Positions 40,247-53,943 of a DNA stretch of 63,723 nt are shown in pieces; position 1 is the first letter of the stretch; each line of letters begins with the position of its first letter. The stretch is from NCBI RefSeq assembly GCF_001194135.2, contig NC_069003.1, positions 19,454,759-19,518,481 of the forward strand. The letters are read 5' to 3'. Under the pieces are notes generated by a model. That model saw nothing but the letters and a program-made list of their open reading frames with translations, was not told the origin of the DNA and searched no databases. A program made the position numbers and the translations under genes. The DNA comes from Octopus bimaculoides (Eukaryota).

Positions 40247-42036
40247 AACTTAGCAGTATAGCAAAAGAGACCAATAGAATAAATAACAGAAAAATAGGAA
40301 TGGTTGGTTCATTTAAACTAAAATTCTTCAAGTTCGGGTCCCAGCTTATAACTGCAGTCAAATGACTGAAACAAGTAAAAGATAAAAGTCAGGACTGATA
40401 TGAGCCACCTTGGTTGGGTCTCGTACTTATCAAGGGGTTTATCCCACCTTGGTCTCCCTGGGTTAAAGGAAAGTTAAAGCTAGTACATATGAAAAAGACA
40501 AGTAGGAACATGTTGCCATGAGAGTCAAAAATACTGAATTCAAAAGCCTTGATGTGGTCCTTGCTCCATTTCTAGGTTTGATGGATGTGAGTTACACACA
40601 CAAATATTCTTGACAACATCCAAATGAAGGCTTCATTTGGCTAATTACAATTAATTTACTCATGAGTTTAACCAACATACTGCATATCCCATCCACTCAG
40701 TCCTAGTTAATCTACACTTACATCTCTTCCTATCACTTCTGCTGTGTCTCATCTCAGAGAATCTCATAAAAAACTGTTCACTGAATTTTCCATATTTTTC
40801 CAAAATGCAACCATCTGGAAATTCCTCCCTATCCACTCAGTGGCCAAGACAATATTCAAATTAACCACTGGCAACACCAATATCCTCCATCTGGGAACAC
40901 AGGCAAACGTTATGGATACTGTCACCTTACTCTTCTGAAGAATTTATTAAAAGATTCCTTTAACCAAACTTCCCTCCTGTATGTTGGTGGTGTTTATATT
41001 TTCCAGAACCCAGGTGAGTGAAATATTAAGTTGATTCCATTAAGGTTTGAAGTGAGAACAATAATACTTCAAACTAAATACAAACACAAATAAAATGGTT
41101 TGATTGCCCTTAACTTGCAATTGTGCTTTTAACTAACTCAAAGCCTTTAACCTGCAAGAAATTAGCAGCCAGATTCCCCTCAAAATCACACACATACACC
41201 TTTCTTTAAAGAGAATATTCACATTGTACTAAACAGTAAAAAAAAGACAGGTTGGTCATGGTTGGAACACCTTTGATCATAAATTTGTTCAGAGTTGACA
41301 AAAATGAGTCACATGGCTGAGCAGTACAAGTTACAGAATAACATCCGAGAAAGAACAAGGCAAAGCTTGAGATATTTCTTGGAGTTACTTCCATTCATTC
41401 TCAGAGATTTAAATCTTTGGAAAAGCAGGAGCATTATAACCATTCATTTGTTTTCCTAAAGAGGAAGTATTTGGTTACCCTCAAGGTTCAATCTCTGTGT
41501 GCTACCATTGTAAAGTAATTTCTATAAATGTGGATGGCTACTTTGTTAGTGGAATTAAGCAGATTGAAATTGTACTTTTGTCTGTCTACATGCGTGTGTG
41601 TTTGTGTGTGTGCATGCAACTGCCTATGTATATCAAAGAATGAACATTCTCTAGTCATTTTTTGTCATTGTAAATGCAATGAATCAGTGATTGTGACCTG
41701 TTTAGAAACCTGTAACCAATGACAACGTTATTGTTCACAAATTTGAAAATATAAAATGGAATACAATAAAATAAAAATACATGTAAAAATAAGAGCAAAA
41801 AGAACAGAAAAAGAAAAAAATAACAAAACAAAAACTTGAATTGATTCTGGAAACTAAAAGCAGAATCAAGTTCAAACAAAATAGAGGACCATCAACCCTT
41901 TTGTGATCCAAGTCCTGTTCAACTGCTTTGTCATAACAGAATGGACGAGAGCAAACATCACAAGTAGTAACCATAAAAGCTAGAAACCGCTCAACATTAA
42001 TGCTAGCCATAAATCCAAAGTAGCTGGGAGTCTCGC

Positions 42037-42112
<76 letters not shown>

Positions 42113-43009
42113 TTGAATGTATGTATAGGTGTATAGATGAAAGGAATAAAAGACTACAAATAGGAGAAATGCATTGAGATATCTCACACAAAGTATTACT
42201 ATTGCTCAGCTAACGAGCTGCAGTGTAATGAGAAGAATAAACTATATATATAAGCAACAACAAAACAAAAAACTAATAATAATCAAAGAACCTCTGCATA
42301 TAATCTCTAATACACTTCATCCAGAATATTTGATAAGCCAGGGCATCTCGTAAGCTATAGATTCCAGACAGCAACTAAAACTTCACAGTAAACAGATTCA
42401 TAAAAGTCAGGTATGGGTGAAAGTGGTGATGGTGGATTGGCAGAATTTTTAGAGCATCAGATGAAAATGCTTTATGGTATTCAGTGATAGTCTTTTTATG
42501 TTCTGAGTTCAAATCCAGCCTAAGGGAGTCAAATTTGACTTACTATATTCTGGCATTAATAACATGAAATAACTATCTAATATTATGGGGTATTAAATAT
42601 TCCTGTAAAACATTAGAAAAATCACTTTGCAGCCACAAGGATCCCAGTTTGGGCCCACTGAGCAGTCTCTTGGACAAGTTTCTCCTTTAGCTTCGGGTTG
42701 ACAGTGTCTTGTGAGGGAAATTTGGTAGATGGAAGCAGTGCAGAAGACTGTGTATACACACTCACATACACAAACACATTCATACACAAAGAGACAATGA
42801 TGCAAATAAACAGATATCAAACCCAAGGAGTTTTATCTGTTTATTTGGATCATTGTATCTATACACACTCACACACATATGTACATTTATAATACATACA
42901 TGTATATATACACACATATATACAACATCATCCTTATAAATGGTCAATCAACTAGTGGATGAATGACTCAGTATGTTATCTCCACCAACCATGGTCTGAT
43001 GTTTTCCTT

Positions 43010-43350
43010 ATCCATATGTTTGGGTGCCAAAGAATTTAACAAAGTCTTCATTCCAACTTCTGCATGGTCTTCCCCTCCTTTTTTCTGGATGTGGTGTCCA
43101 TTCTGTCAATTTGCTATTCTAGCTATTTCTTCTAAACACATGTCCCACAAAAGACCATTTCATAGTTTTTATTTTCTACACAATATCCGTTAAACCTGTT
43201 GCCACTCTTTTCCTGTTGTTTTTCCACATATCTGTTTTGTTAATCATCAGCATTCTCCTTTCCATGGCTCTTTGTGTTGCTCTTAATTTATTTTCAATGC
43301 TCTTGTTGATCGTCCATGTTTCTGATGCATATGTAATGGTAGGCAGCTGA
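43010..43350 (-). mobile_element. RTE-clade LINE, C-terminal ORF fragment
   Basis: LPTITYASETWTINKSIENKLRATQRAMERRML...KWSFVGHVFRR...KRRGRPCRSW matches the RTE motifs YxxETW, QRAMERxML, WxWAGH and RxRGRP. Confidence 0.85.
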
Positions 43351-44506
43351 AGACCGTTCTTTTTAGATGCATGACAAATTACTACTATCATGTGATTCGG
43401 TTTACCAAAGGCTGCCCTTAACACATATAATAAATTACCTTACAATTGTAAAACAGTAAGAAACAAAACAATAATATACATACTTATCCACAATATGTTC
43501 TGGTAAAGTTAAATATGAATATGATATTCACTTCAGAGAAAACCTTCTTTTTTCAGATAAAGTGTATTGATAACACACTCAATATATTGATGTAGGAGGA
43601 GGACTTTGAAATACTGGTGTTTCAACCTGGTTGTGTCTCTTCAGTCAAAGTTGCTGCCCCAGATCAATGAACCTAAACAAGAATGGCAGTTCTTGTTTAT
43701 AGAATTCATCAAACAAATTACTTGCAGATGCATAGGTAATATACAATAGCAGTTCTGCAAGACAGAAGGACCTCCTACATAGTGACTTGACCTGCAAGAA
43801 ATAGCAGCCAAATCTCTCTCGAATCATAATGGTCTTAAAGAAAAGAATACTTTAGATAATGTATTCCTTCTTCCTCTCTACTGAACTGATATTCTTTGCA
43901 CCCAACTCATTCCCTATCTCTAACCGTCAGTCACACTATTCTCACTTAGTGCAATTACACTCCTCTAACCTATTCTGTCTTTCGTATTTGTCTTGTACCT
44001 TGGCCTTACATCTCTCTTTCTGTCTTCTTCCAGATGGGCAAGCCATGTATCCAATGCTTCTGCAAGACACCTGGTCCTACCCCACTATCTGGTTTTTATC
44101 CCTCAATTCTTTTCTCCCTATTCAGCTGTGGGTGGGGGTCCTACTTTGTGGATATTTGATGACCTCACTGGTGCTGGTACAATGTAAAATGTGAAGTGAT
44201 TGATGTGACTGGAAAGTGAGTGATGTTAGGAAAGGCATCTAGTAGTAAAATCCAGACCAAAGCAGACATTAGAACATGATATAGCCCTCTGGATTATCTG
44301 TTCATATCAAACCATCCAATCCATACCAGCATGGAAAAGAGGAAGTTAAATAAGGATGATGATGATGATGATGATGATGAAAGTAAAATTAATATGATGA
44401 TCAAGGACTGGAATGTCTTTGATTATGGATCTGTTTGACTGTGGTTGACTCAGACATTAACAACAATATCAGAAATACTGCAATAAAGCATAAAAAAAAG
44501 TCTTAC

Positions 44507-44680
44507 CTCAAGGAGCTCATCACCACTGATGAGCTGACCATTACAACCGACAGGACCAGCTGGAAGTATTGATCGAATAAAATGATGCGGTCGCATCTCT
44601 ACACCATTCTCCACATCTACGGTACCTTCTAAGCTGATACCAAGACCTCCTCCTTCACGAAATTTAGACAGCTGGGCAAC
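44507..44680 (-). CDS. MPDZ: Coding exon (174 nt, phase 0-0), N-terminal part of a PDZ domain: VAQLSKFREGGGLGISLEGTVDVENGVEMRPHHFIRSILPAGPVGCNGQLISGDELLE
   Basis: ttacttggcag|GTT GCC CAG...CTC CTT GAG|gtaaga, 58 open codons. It has the GLGI carboxylate-binding loop and the GDELLE motif, which continues as VNG in the next exon. Not in the supplied ORF track; translated by hand. Confidence 0.95.
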
Positions 44681-46792
44681 CTGCCAAGTAATAAGAAATG
44701 CTTTTCTTCAATATTCCATAAAAATGTGATGTACAAAGTGAAAACAACAACAACAACAGCAATTGTTTCTAATTCTGACAGAAGGTTAGCAATTTTCAGA
44801 AGAAGGGTGCAGCCAATTACATCATTCCCAGCATTTGACTAGTAGTTTATTTTATTGACCCTGAATAGCTGAAAGGCAAAGTTGACCTCAGTAGTCTTTG
44901 AACTCAGAACATATAAAGGCAGGAGAAATGTGCTTCACCCAACATACCAATGGTTCTACTAGCTGGCTGCCTTTTGACAACAACAAAAATAACACATTTG
45001 TTTCTAATTTAGGTAGAAAGCTCACAATTTTGAAGGGAGGAAGTGTTAGTCAATTACACTGACTCAGGTACTTTATGCTGTTGACCTTAAAAGAATGAAT
45101 GGCAAAGCTGATCTTGGCAGGATTTAAATTCAGAAATTAAAGAACAGGAACAAATATCACAAGATATTTCCTGATCGGAAGTTTAACGTGTACATATTTT
45201 GTCTTGGTATAAAAGATGGGCTACAACAAATATTCTCAATACCATAGATTTGCTGATAAGTTGCTTAAACTTAATCAGTTGAGCATGTCCTTTAGTGGCT
45301 GATGATATGTGCATCTCTGATCATGAGCAAGGATAGTAGGGGAGCATCAAAGTCATGTGTTGAGAGGAATTTTTTGAGAATTGAATAACTCACTCCTGGA
45401 AACATCGGTGTTTCGTTCATCATCCTTAAACGACCCTTAATCAGAGACCTTTTGTGCGGGTTGGGCTACTCAACCTGAAGAAAATTCTAATTGGGCTCCA
45501 CCTGCAAGGTCATGCACTGTGCATCTTGACATGAAATCACCATGTCACACACATATGGTTGTGATGCATGTGCCTTATCAGACAAGTAGTCATGATGGGT
45601 ATATTGGGCTTTGCATATTGTATCCCAGTATTACTCTGATGGTATGCATTGTTCTCTCACTCAAAAATAATAATAATAATAATTTATTTTTAGTTTAGGC
45701 ACAAGGCCAGCAAATTTGAGAGGTGGAGTAAGCTGATTACATTGATGTCAGTACTTGACTGGTACTCGTTTTTTTGGCCCTGAAAGGATGAAAGGCAAAG
45801 TGGACCTTGGCAGCATTTGAACTCAGAATGTAAAGAGCTAGAAGAAATGCCATTCCAGCAATTCTGCCAGGTTGTTGTCTTAATAATGAAAGAAGCCCAT
45901 TGTATACGTTTACACACACACATATATATACATATGTGTGAGTGTTTCCTAGTTTTGACATTGTATAACAGTTGTAAATGATTGTCACTGCCATACATGC
46001 AGTGTCATTCATTTTCAATATTCTGCAAGAACATGTCTGGCCATGGGGAAGAATTACCTTGCTTAGAAATAGGTGAAGGTTAGCAATAGGAAGGACATCA
46101 GGCCATAGATGACCTGCCTCAATAAATTTTGTCCAATCCATGCAAGCATGGAAAAGTGGACGTTAAAATGATGATGAGTATTTATATAACAGCTGTTTAA
46201 ATTTTCAACACAACTCAAAACTCCCCCCACACCAGTACTACCATTATTCCCCCACTTCCCCATGAGTATGCAAATTCTAGATAAGGAACTATTGCACCAA
46301 GTTATTATTTGAGGGAAATTTGGCTGTATTTCTAGCATGCCAAGCATCTTATTAGAGGCTCCTCAGTTTTCATGACTAACGAAGGTGTTGAATGCTTATA
46401 AATGCAGTAACTGTAATCAATCTAGATAACAACAATAAACAATGTAAGAGACTATAAAGGGGAATGACACCCTGGAAGAATAGAAATAACACACTTGCCT
46501 AATAAAGGGATATTAATTATCTATGAAAAATCAATCAAAAGAACAATGCAACTGCAATTTAATAAAAATATGCTTCTTTTCATAGGGATGGCATATATGA
46601 TATTCAATTGACCTTAATTTCAGCTTATTGCTTTTAGAAGTTTATAACAGTATGTGTGTGTATACATACGTGCACATATACATATATCAATCATCACAAT
46701 ATCTGTTTTCCATGATGGCATATATTTATATATATATATATATATATATAGGAAAACTAGAAATTGAAAATGCACTGAGAATAGTTAAAATA

Positions 46793-48480
46793 TTTTCTAT
46801 TATTAATATATTTATAGTTTTAACTGGTTTCACAGTTTACACACTTTCAAAAAGTTCAAATAGAAAGACATGGCTTATGTCGTAGCTGTCTTGCTTCTGA
46901 CTAGTGTTTGAAACTTACCCTATTTTTATAGGGTGTTCATGGCTCAAATTAGTATATGTTTTGAATAGGATTTGATTGGTAGAGGATAGTTACGTGACTG
47001 GTCTTATGAATTTTTCTAGGTTCCCCGCTACATCCCTGTGTTAGTATCAAGTGACAATGTTTGGCGTCATAAGTTAAGGCTGACATGATTGACTGAGCAT
47101 GTCTAAACTCACAATAAAAGACTTCAGGAACTAACACAAGTATTACTTAAAAGACAATATCCATTAATGATAATAGACAATGGAATAGGATGTGCCAAAG
47201 CAATAAATGTCAAAGAACTATGAAAAATACATCAAATACTCTACTATTTATTACAACACACAAGCCAAGAAACAGAGGTTTACAATATTATCCACCAGAA
47301 CATCCCATTGCTAAAACAAGACCTAAGAATCATAATACACAAAATAATCAACAGTAAAAGACAATCAAAGTCTGTCAAAAAATTCCTCACATGTGCTAAA
47401 TTACCTTCTACAATTCCTACACTAACAGTGAAAAGGTATGGCTACCCCAATTGCAGGACTTGCATCAACCTTATTGGAGATACAACATACAAATTCAAAT
47501 CAGGACAGATTTTTACCGTAAAAGAATCACTTTATATGTTCTTCAAGAAATTTAATATACGCTATCAAATGTCAAGGCTGTAATGAAGATTACATAGTTA
47601 CAAACAAAGCTTACTCTAAGAAATAGACTGACCATTCACTGACAACAAGTACGAGACCCCATCACTAAACAGATTCCAATGAGTGGACACATAGACATAT
47701 GTACAAAAAATAAGTCCCCCAAATTCCAGGTCTTCCTACTCTACTTATGTTCAGTGAATATCACAGATGAAGCAAGGATAAACAAAGAAAATACTTTCAT
47801 ACAAAAGTACAAACCAAGATTTAACAAATTTTAACAGAGTACATACACAAATGACTATTCACACACAAAACTCATTCTGCCACTTAGCATGAAGAACCTA
47901 CACAGCTAACAACCTAAACTTTAGCCACTGCAGTACAAACAAACAATTCCTGTCCACTCTCCCACCAGACAGATTAAATTTGGAGTGCCTTGATTATAAC
48001 TAAACATGTTCACTCAACCATATCAGCCTTCTTTTTAGGTACCAAATATACTGTCATACAACACTAGTGCACGGACGTAGTGGGAAACATACAAAAGGTT
48101 ATAAACTTAATCACATGTTCATTCTCTACAAACACTTGACAGAAAACATTCAGAGCATTGATTGTTTGGACATGTTCAGTCAACCGTGTCAGCCTTAACT
48201 TAGGACACTAAAATTTGTCACTTGATATTAACACACAGGGATGTAGTAGGGAACCTACAAACATTTTTAAGATCAGTCATGTGAGTATCCTCTACCAATT
48301 AAATCCTATTCAAAACATATATTAATTTGAGCCATGAACGCCCTATAAAATTAGGGCAAGCTTCAAACACTAGTCAGAAGCAAGACAGCTACGACATAAG
48401 CCATGTCTTTCTATTTGAACTTTTTGAAAAGCAGTGTAAACTTTGAAATCAATTAAAACTTTAAATATATTAATAAGAAA
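46793..48480 (+). mobile_element. Penelope-like element 3' fragment (thumb plus GIY-YIG endonuclease, 47110-47834) bracketed by ~315-bp inverted repeats
   Basis: Frameshifted translation RLQELTQVLLKRQYP...CRTCINL...CSSRNLIYAIKCQGCNEDYI..QTKLTLRNRLTIH...ENTFIQKYKPRFN. Region 46793-47110 is the reverse complement of 48160-48480 (roughly 85-90% identity by eye). Confidence 0.85.
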
Positions 48481-48557
48481 AAGTATTTTAACTATTCTTA
48501 GTGCATTCTCAACTTCTATTTTTCTTATATTTCCACCTGTGTGGAATAAAATAACTT

Positions 48558-48600
<43 letters not shown>

Positions 48601-48940
48601 TGCAGGCATAACTATGAGAAATTTGCTTTGCATCTTCATGGTTTTGGGTTGAGTCCCACTTTGTGGCATCATAAGTGTATGTCTTCTACTACAACCTTGA
48701 GCCAAACACATTGTGTTTATGCCTATGTGTGTGAGACAGACAGATAAATACAGATAATATGGATGCATGCATCCATGTATTTATGCACATTAGTGCTTCT
48801 CCACACAGCTGCAGAACCAGAAATAGTGAAGCAGCAATTTCTCCTGTCAAATTATCTGCTGCTTTTGTGCCTTCAAAGACATGTAATAAGAGATCTGTTA
48901 TTTGAAAAATGGATGAGAGAGAGAGGGGGGGGAGGGAGAG

Positions 48941-49001
<61 letters not shown>

Positions 49002-49696
49002 GTGCGTGCGTGTGTTATTAGATACATATATAACTACATATTTTGCAACAACTTTTTCTGGCAAAATTAGCAACAGTTTCTTTAAATTTCAGAAAAGAAG
49101 TCAAATAAATTTGGTGGTTTCTCATATTTTTACAGCTCACTGCTTGCCTTAATGATTCCATTGACTTATTTATAACCACCTTGACCTGACTTTGAAAAAT
49201 TTGCCACAAGTAGGCTACAGATTCAAGTTAATCTTATTTTACGTAGAGTTTTAACTCTAATGTTCTTCCAATGTGACATACTTATATGTTTGCTTGTATG
49301 TATGTATGTATATACTTTTTTTTTTACTTTTTTCAGTCATTTGACTGCAGCAATGCTGGAGCACCACCTTTAAGTCAATATATCAACCCCAGGACTTATT
49401 CTTTGTAAGCCTAGTACTTATTCTATTGGTCTCTTTTGCTGAACTGTTAAGTTACAGGGACATAAACACATCAACACCAGTTGTCAAGTGATAGTGTGTG
49501 TATGTGTGTGTGGGGAGACAAACACAGACACAAACATATATATATATACATACACACATACACGACAGGGTTCTTTCAATTTCCGTCTACCAAATCCACT
49601 CACAAGGCTTTGGTTGGGCAAGGTGCCATGCAATGGGACTGAACCTGGAGCCAAGTGGTTTCTAAGCAAGCTACTTACCACAAAGCTACTCCTGTG

Positions 49697-49733
<37 letters not shown>

Positions 49734-52104
49734 AAATATATATATATAAATAAATTTTACTAGTTTTAGTCATCAGACTGTAACCATGCTGGGGCACCAC
49801 CTTGAAGAAATTTTAGTTGAACGAACCAACTCCAGTACTTATTTTTTTAAAAGCCTAGTACTTATTCTATTCATCACTTTAGCTGAGCTGCTAAGGTAAA
49901 CACACCAACACCGGTTGTCATGCAGTGGGAAGGGGGACAAACAAAGACACAAAGACACATACACATAAAGTTTCTGTCTACGAAATCCACTCACAAGGCT
50001 TTGGTTGGCCCAAGGCTATAGTAGAAGACACTTGTCCAGGGTGCCACACAGTGGGATTGAACCCATAACCATGTAGTTAGGAAACAAATTTCTTACCACA
50101 CAGCCATAACTGTGCCTATATATTTTCTTCTATTTTTAATTATTTGAAATCTTCCTGTAAAGAAGGAGCTGGTTTCTAATAAAGATACAAAACTCCATTA
50201 TTGGAACATTGATAATAAAAACAATGTCACATTTTGAACTTGAGAAAAGTCTTGCATATTTTTACTATTCCACTTACAGATTGTATTTGCAATGTACAAG
50301 CATAAGACTAACACATATAAAAACACTAGAGAATGTTTATGTCCTAGGATAATTTGAATAATTAAAAGAAAAATAAACTAAAAGAATTAATTTGAAGTGA
50401 CCAAAAGATAAAGAAAGGTAATAAATACTGTACAAGATGAATTCTTGACCTATTGAAATTATTTTTGCTTTGAGAGAAGGTAAACAAATACCCAAGCATC
50501 TATAAAGTAAAGTCTATAGAGATAAACAAATAAATGAATAAAGTATTCCACTATGCTTAACTATCCTGATGGAACAAAATAGAAGTGAGTGAAAGATTTC
50601 ATTATTAATCATCCTTGGTGCAAATAAATGAATAAATAAATAAAAAATAAATAAATAAAGGTTAGTGGAGCTGTAATTACCTTCCATTTGTATTAAACTG
50701 GCTCGTTAACTTGTTGACACACAGAAACTTAAGTAATTAATAGAAAGTTGTAACTAATAGTTGTATGTTACAGTGACTACCAACTTTGTGTGTGCATATA
50801 ACTAGTGACTGTATGTGCATGTGTGAGCATCAATGTACGTGTGTATTTGAATGCAGAAGACTTGCATATGAGCTGATGGTAGAAACAACCAAATGGAAAG
50901 ATGATGAATGAAAACAAGCAACAATGCTTGTGGGAAATTTAATTCTCTTGTTTTCATTCACTGCACTTGGCTCCTTGATTACATAGCTTTATACTCTTTT
51001 ATCAATGACAATAATGGAGTAGTGAGTGGGTTCAGTGGTGTGAAAAAGTCTCATTGATAACACTGAAACTATACAGAAACAGGCATAAACAATACCACAA
51101 CTTCTTTTTAGTTTTCTTCTGAATAATATGTCTGTCATTGAAGAATAGATGGAAGAAGAGGGATGACCACAGCAGAAGACAGAAGCCAAAAGAAGGGAGG
51201 AGGAGAAAAAGAGTGAGAAAGGAGGGGGAGAGAAGACAGAAAGGTGTAATGATCAGGAGAAGACAGAGAAAAAGAGAACATAGAGAGGAAAAGAAGAAGA
51301 ATTTTAAAGTCATAGGAAGTGGATAGAATATGAAAAAGGCATAAAAATGTTATCAGTCAGAAATACATTGGTGCAGGGTTCAAACTACAGAATTCTTAGT
51401 CAACAGGCTCCCATTATTTGATTAGACAAAGGTGTTGAGCTGGGAGAATTGTTAGCACATGGAACAAAAATGCTTAGTGGCATTTCTTCTGGCTTCGTGA
51501 TCTTAGTTCAAATTCCACCGAGGTTGACTTTGCCTTTCATCCTTTCAATTGAGTACTGGGATCAATATAATTGAATATCCATCTCCCTCACAAATTTCAG
51601 GCCTTGTACCTATAGTAGAAAGAACTATTTGATTAGACTAAATACCAAATGATTTGCCTGTTTATTTTTTGTCTGTTATCTTTTACTTGTTTCAGTCATT
51701 AGACTGTGACCATGCTGGAGCACTGCCTTGAAGGACTTTTAGTCAAATGAATTCGCCCCAGTACTTTTTATTTTCAGCTTGGTACTTATTCTATTGATCT
51801 CTTTCGCTGAACTGCTGAGTTATGGAGGTGTAAACAAACCAACACTGATTGTGAAGCGGTGGTGATGGATAACGACAGATACACATTGATATACATATAT
51901 ATATACAATGGGCTTCTTTCAGTTTCTGCCAACCAAATCCACTCACAAAGCTTTGCCGGAAGTACCATAAATGGGACTGAAGCTGGAACCATGTAGTTGG
52001 GAAGCAAGCTTCTTACCACACAGCTACACCTTGTTCTGGCTCTTTAAATTCCTAGTTCAACTCCTGCCAGGTTAACTTTGCCTTCCATCATTCTGTGAGT
52101 GATA

Positions 52105-53445
52105 AAGAATGTCATGGGAAAAATTACCCTTAAGGATATTAGCAGTGCAAAAGATACTAAGACCCAACTAGACAACTGGCTGAGGGTAGTAGATAAAATC
52201 GAGCTGCTTCGAAGTTCAAGGAATGATGCTTCCAATATGATGTCACAACTAGACTGCAGTGACTATTTTTGCTTTATAACTTTGCTATGACTCATGTTGA
52301 GACAATGGAGAGGCTGTGCAGTAAATTAATGTGAAGGTGGCTGGGTGTTCCCTGTAGTCAATCAGTACAGCAAGACCTTTAGGCTCCACCTATCTATTTC
52401 ATCAATGGTGGAGGAATTCAAACGCAAGAGCAATCAGTACATTGCTTCTGTTTGAGGATAAAAAGTCAGACACATCAACAAGACCATAAAGTATGTCAGA
52501 AAATGAAGGAAGCAGAGACATACTAGAAACACCATGAGATTGTTGGAGTAGTCTGCTGAAGATGGCCTTGACTTGGCAACTACAGTGCCAAGAGATGGAA
52601 AAATAACAGTACCAGGAGCAAGAGAGAGGTCATAGTGAAAAGGATCTGTGATTCAACAGAGGAGGATCACTGAGTGAAGGTAGGAGGGCTTGCTCATTAG
52701 GGACCAAGTACTCGAGTACCCACTGTTGAGGAAGAAACTTTGGGGCACTAACCAGGGAAGACTCATTCCTCTGTCGTGTTGTCACTGACCTCTTACCAAC
52801 CCCAAATAACCTTAAGATATGGGGCAAAAAAGAAGACTCATCCTGTAAGCAGTGTGGAACCACATTTTGACTGGATGCTTTAGGGTACTGGAAAAAGGCT
52901 GATACAAGCGGAGACATTACAAGATCTTTACAGAAATCGTCAAGTGGACAGATCTGCAAAAAATGAATGTTAACAAACACCCCGACCCCTGTCGCTGCCA
53001 CCACCACCACCACCAAAGTGTATCAAATTCCTAAAGGGAAGCGACAAGGCTCCCAAGATGAAAGCAATTGCAGGGGACCCATTTTCTATTTTGCATTCAG
53101 TCTCAGACTGGGAGATACAAGTGGACCTGATGAGAAGACTTGTTGTCTCAGAGGAGACAGCAGCAACATCACCATTCTTGTTCTCCAGAAATACAAAAAC
53201 AGTCATCATAATCGAACTCACAATACCCAGGGAGGATAGACTTAATATTTCCCACCAGGTAAAGAAAACCAAATATCAGGATTTTGTCAAGGGATAGCAT
53301 GCAGCCTCATTCCCCATGGATATTGACTTCCCATCTGGATCAACGCACTATTTCCACCAAAAGATAGGTCTGGAAGCCAGATAACTAAAGAAAGCCATCA
53401 AGGAGACAAGCACAGCAGCTGCAACAAGCTCAAGGTGGCTATGGC
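52105..53445 (+). mobile_element. Decayed RLE-type non-LTR retrotransposon (HERO-like): RT C-terminus, zinc knuckle and restriction-like endonuclease
   Basis: Fragments KTQLDNWLRVVDK..KFKE*CFQY..VETMERLCSKLM*RWLGVP; VTDLLPTPNNLKIWGKKEDSSCKQC; WEIQVDLMRRLVVSEETAAT..SRNTKTVIIIELTIPREDRLNISHQVKKTKY; ..TAAATSSRWLW. These match recalled HERO-type DLLPxPxNL, CxxC, ELTVPWE/KxxKY and SxWLW motifs. Confidence 0.7.
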
Positions 53446-53885
53446 TGATCAAATACTTCAAGTAGAACCCTTCCGTCGGCAAAGGATAGTTCAGTCTTCA
53501 CTGCACCACTCAGGCAAAGCATACAAGCTAAAGGCTGAAACGTTTGTGACCATGGGACACCTAATAATGATATGCAAGAGTTTCCAGCACTGTGACAGAC
53601 TCAGAAGTACTTGCAGAACCTTTGAGTAGTTCCTGCATGGGACAAAGCATCTCTGGTGTTTATTTCACTATCTCTTTATCACAACCATCTAAAATAGTGT
53701 TGAGAAGCTTTCATAGTTTGTAAAGTGGAAGGTTTATTCAAATGTTTATAACTTTGATGCATAGTAGAGACATATGTTGTTTCCAATATTCAAATTATTC
53801 AAAAGAAACTTAAATCTTTATTTTACTTTTTGCATGTATCTTGTTTCCCTTTTTGCCAACAGGCTGATCAGCTGTGTGTATATGA

Positions 53886-53943
<58 letters not shown>

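Larger units (their letters stand above)
15174..44506 (-). other. 29,333-bp phase-0 GT-AG intron splitting a PDZ domain (GDELLE|VNG)
   Basis: Defined by donor gtaaga at 44506 and acceptor cag at 15174; the two exons join in frame. Confidence 0.9.

Noticed and set aside
40540-40900. Possible second L2-like LINE tail
   Set aside because: Only a vague resemblance to the 4340-4980 element; too decayed to call.
41805-41850. Short ~14-bp inverted repeat near 41830-41875 (ttgaattgattctg...cagaatcaagttcaa) as a pre-miRNA
   Set aside because: The stem is too short and the flanks cannot pair.
46880-47900. Hammerhead ribozyme expected in Penelope pseudo-LTRs (ctgactagtgtttgaaac near 46897; catgaagaacc near 47848)
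   Set aside because: Neither has an intact CUGANGA...GAAA core with flanking helices; at most decayed remnants.
3088-49152. Numerous CV/YI/HT-repeat ORFs in the track
   Set aside because: Translations of (TG)n, (TA)n and (CA)n microsatellites.
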